From the NCBI GenBank assembly GCA_964016885.1, contig OZ024753.1:24738001-24802000 (forward strand): 64,000 bases of DNA. Reading direction: 5' to 3'. Position 1 is the stretch's first letter; the number at the start of each line of letters is the position of its first letter. Source of the stretch: Eledone cirrhosa. Its lineage: Eukaryota. The position numbers and the translations under genes were made by a program. Below the pieces are notes generated by a model that worked only from the letters and a program-made list of their open reading frames with translations, was not told where the DNA came from and searched no databases. Positions 61,246 through 64,000 of the stretch are shown here, piece by piece.

Positions 61246-64000
61246 TAGTAATAACTACAGCCAAGACATAGAAACAGGATAGTAATAACTCCAACAAAGA
61301 CATAGAAACATGATAGTAATAACTACAGCCAAGACATAGAAACAGGATAGTAATAACTCCAGTCATGATATAGAAATATGATAGTAATAACTCTAACCAA
61401 GACATAGAGACATGATAGTAATAACTCCAGACAAGATATAGAAACAAGATAGTAATAACTCCAACCAAGATATAGAAACAAGATAGTAGTTACTCCAGCC
61501 AAGATATAGAAACATGATAGTAATAACTCCAGTCAAGATATAGAAATATGATAGTAATAACTCTAACCAAGATATAGAGATATGATAGTAATAACTCCAA
61601 CCAAGACATAGAAACATGATAGTAATAACTCCAGTCAAGATATAGAAATATGATAGTAATAACTATAACCAAGACATAGAGACATGATAGTAATAACTCC
61701 AACCAAGACATAGAAACAGTATAGTAATAACTCCAGACAAGACAGAGAAACATGATAGTAATAACTCCAGACAAGATATAGAAAGATGATAGTAATAACT
61801 CCAACCAAGACATAGAAACAGGATAGTAATAACTCCAGACGAGATATAGAAACATGATAGTAATAACTCCAACCAAGACAGAGAAACATGATAGTAATAA
61901 CTCCAGACAAGACAGAGAAACATGATAGTAATAACTCCAGCCAAGATATAGATACAGTATAGTAATAACACCCGCCAAGATATAGAAACAGGATAGTAAT
62001 AACTCCCGTCAAGATATAGAAACAGGATAGTAATAACTCCAACCAAGACATAGAAACATAATAGTAATAACTCCAACCAAAACATAGAAACATGATAGTA
62101 ATAACTCCAACCAAGACATAGAAACATGATAGTAATAACTCCAACCAAGACATAGAAACAGGATAGTAATAATTCCAGTCAAGACATAGAAACATGATAG
62201 TAATAACTCCAACCATGACATCGAAACAGGATAGTAATAACTCCAGTCAAGATATAGAAACATGATAGTAATAACTCCAGTCAAGACATCGAAACAGGAT
62301 AGTAATAACTCCCGCCAAGATATAGAAACAGGATAGTAATAACTCCAGTCAAGACATAGAAACATGATAGTAATAACTCCAGTCAAGACATAGAAACATG
62401 ATAGTAATAACTCCAGTCAAGACAGAAACATGATAGTAATAACTCCAGTCAAGATATAGAAACATGATAGTAATAACTCCAACCAAGACATAGAAACAGG
62501 ATAGTAATAACTCTAGCCAAGATATAGAAACATGATAGTAATAACTCCAGTCAAGATATAGTAACATGATAGTAATAACTCCAGTCAAGATATAGAAACA
62601 TGATAGTAATAACTCCAACCAAACATAGAAACAGGATAGTAATAACTCCAGCGAAGACATAGAAACATGATAGTAATAACTCCAACCAAGACATAGAAAC
62701 ATGATAGTAATAACTCCAACCAATATATAGAAACAGGATAGTAATAACTCCAACCAAGACATAGAAACAGGATAGTAATAACTCCAGTCAAGCTATAGAA
62801 ACATGATAGTAATAACTCCAACCAAGATATAGAAACATGATAGTAATAACTCCAACCAAGACATAGAAACATGTTAGTAATAACTCCAGCCAAGACATAG
62901 AAACATTACAGTAATAACTCCAACCAAGACATAGAAACATGATAATAATAACTCCAGTCAAGACATAGAAACATGATAGTAATAACTCCAACTAAGACAT
63001 AGAAACATGATAATAATAACTCCAGTCAAGATATAGAAACATGATAGTAATAACTCCAACCAAGACATAGAAACGTGATAGTAATAACTCCAGTCAAGAT
63101 ATAGAAACATGATAGTAATAACTCCAACCAAGACATAGAAACCGGATAGTAATAACTCCAGTCAAGATATAGAAACAGGAGAGTAATAACTCCAGTCAAG
63201 ATATAGAAATACGATAGTAATAACTCCAGTCAAGATATAGAAACATGATAGTAATAACTCCAACCAAGACATAGAAACAGGATAGTAATAACTCCAACCA
63301 AGACATAGAAACATGATAGTAATAACTCCAACCAAGATATAGAAACATGATAGTAATAACTCCAACCAAGACATAGAAACATGATAGTAATAACTCCAGC
63401 CAAGACATAGAAACATGATAGCAATAACTCCAACCAAGACATAGAAACATGATAATAATAACTCCAGTCAAGACATAGAAACATGATAGTAATAGCTCCA
63501 ACCAAGACATAGAAACATGATAGTAATAACTCCAACCAAACATAGAAACAGGATAATAATAACTCCAGCGAAGACATAGAAACATGATAGTAATAACTCC
63601 AACCAAGACATAGAAACATGATAGTAATAACTCCAACCAAGATATAGAAACAGGATAGTAATAACTCCAACCAAGACATAGAAACAGGATAGTAATAACT
63701 CCAGTCAAGATTAGAAACATGATAGTAATAACTCCAACCAAGATATAGAAACATGATAGTAATAACTCCAACCAAGACATAGAAACAGGATAGTAATAAC
63801 TCCAACCAAGACATAGAAACATGATAGTAATAACTCCAGCCAAGACATAGAAACTTGATAGTAATAACTCCAACCAAGACATAGAAACATGATAATAATA
63901 ACTCCAGTCAAGACATAGAAACATGATAGTAATAACTCCAGTCAAGACATAGAAACATGATAGTAATAACTCCAACCAACATATAGAAACATGATAGTAA

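Larger units (their letters stand above)
50630..64000. repeat. 34-bp satellite in alternating orientation blocks; continues past the window end
   Basis: Unit ccaaccaagacatagaaacatgatagtaataact. Forward blocks 50630-51660, 55484-55785, 59404-59990 and 61240-64000; reverse blocks 51675-53944 and 55800-57865. Confidence 0.97.

Noticed and set aside
50611-63975. Long hydrophobic ORFs up to 644 aa (LGWSYFYHVSMS...)
   Set aside because: A stop-free strand of the 34-bp satellite; the same peptide appears in all frames.

Overview
Repeat-saturated, AT-rich animal genomic DNA. The SINE, RTE and (TA)n/(GAT)n repertoire suggests a mollusc, probably an octopus (inference). No complete cellular gene is recognisable; there are only one or two candidate exons. 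The window holds: several Penelope-like elements (PLEs; RT plus GIY-YIG) with inverted terminal duplications; short foldback hairpins carrying type I hammerhead-ribozyme motifs with unusual cores or long stem II; three RTE LINE families (one near full length, one chimeric, one with a clean 5' inversion, one inserted in a satellite); a decayed CR1 LINE; tRNA-derived SINEs; Tc1/mariner-pogo MITEs; and four tandem-repeat families (48 bp from an RTE 3'UTR, 37 bp with higher-order structure, 41 bp with 13 perfect CRE sites, and 34 bp arranged as inverted blocks around a duplicated 1.5-kb spacer). Most ORFs in the track are artefacts of these repeats. Coordinates were read by eye and are approximate at element edges.
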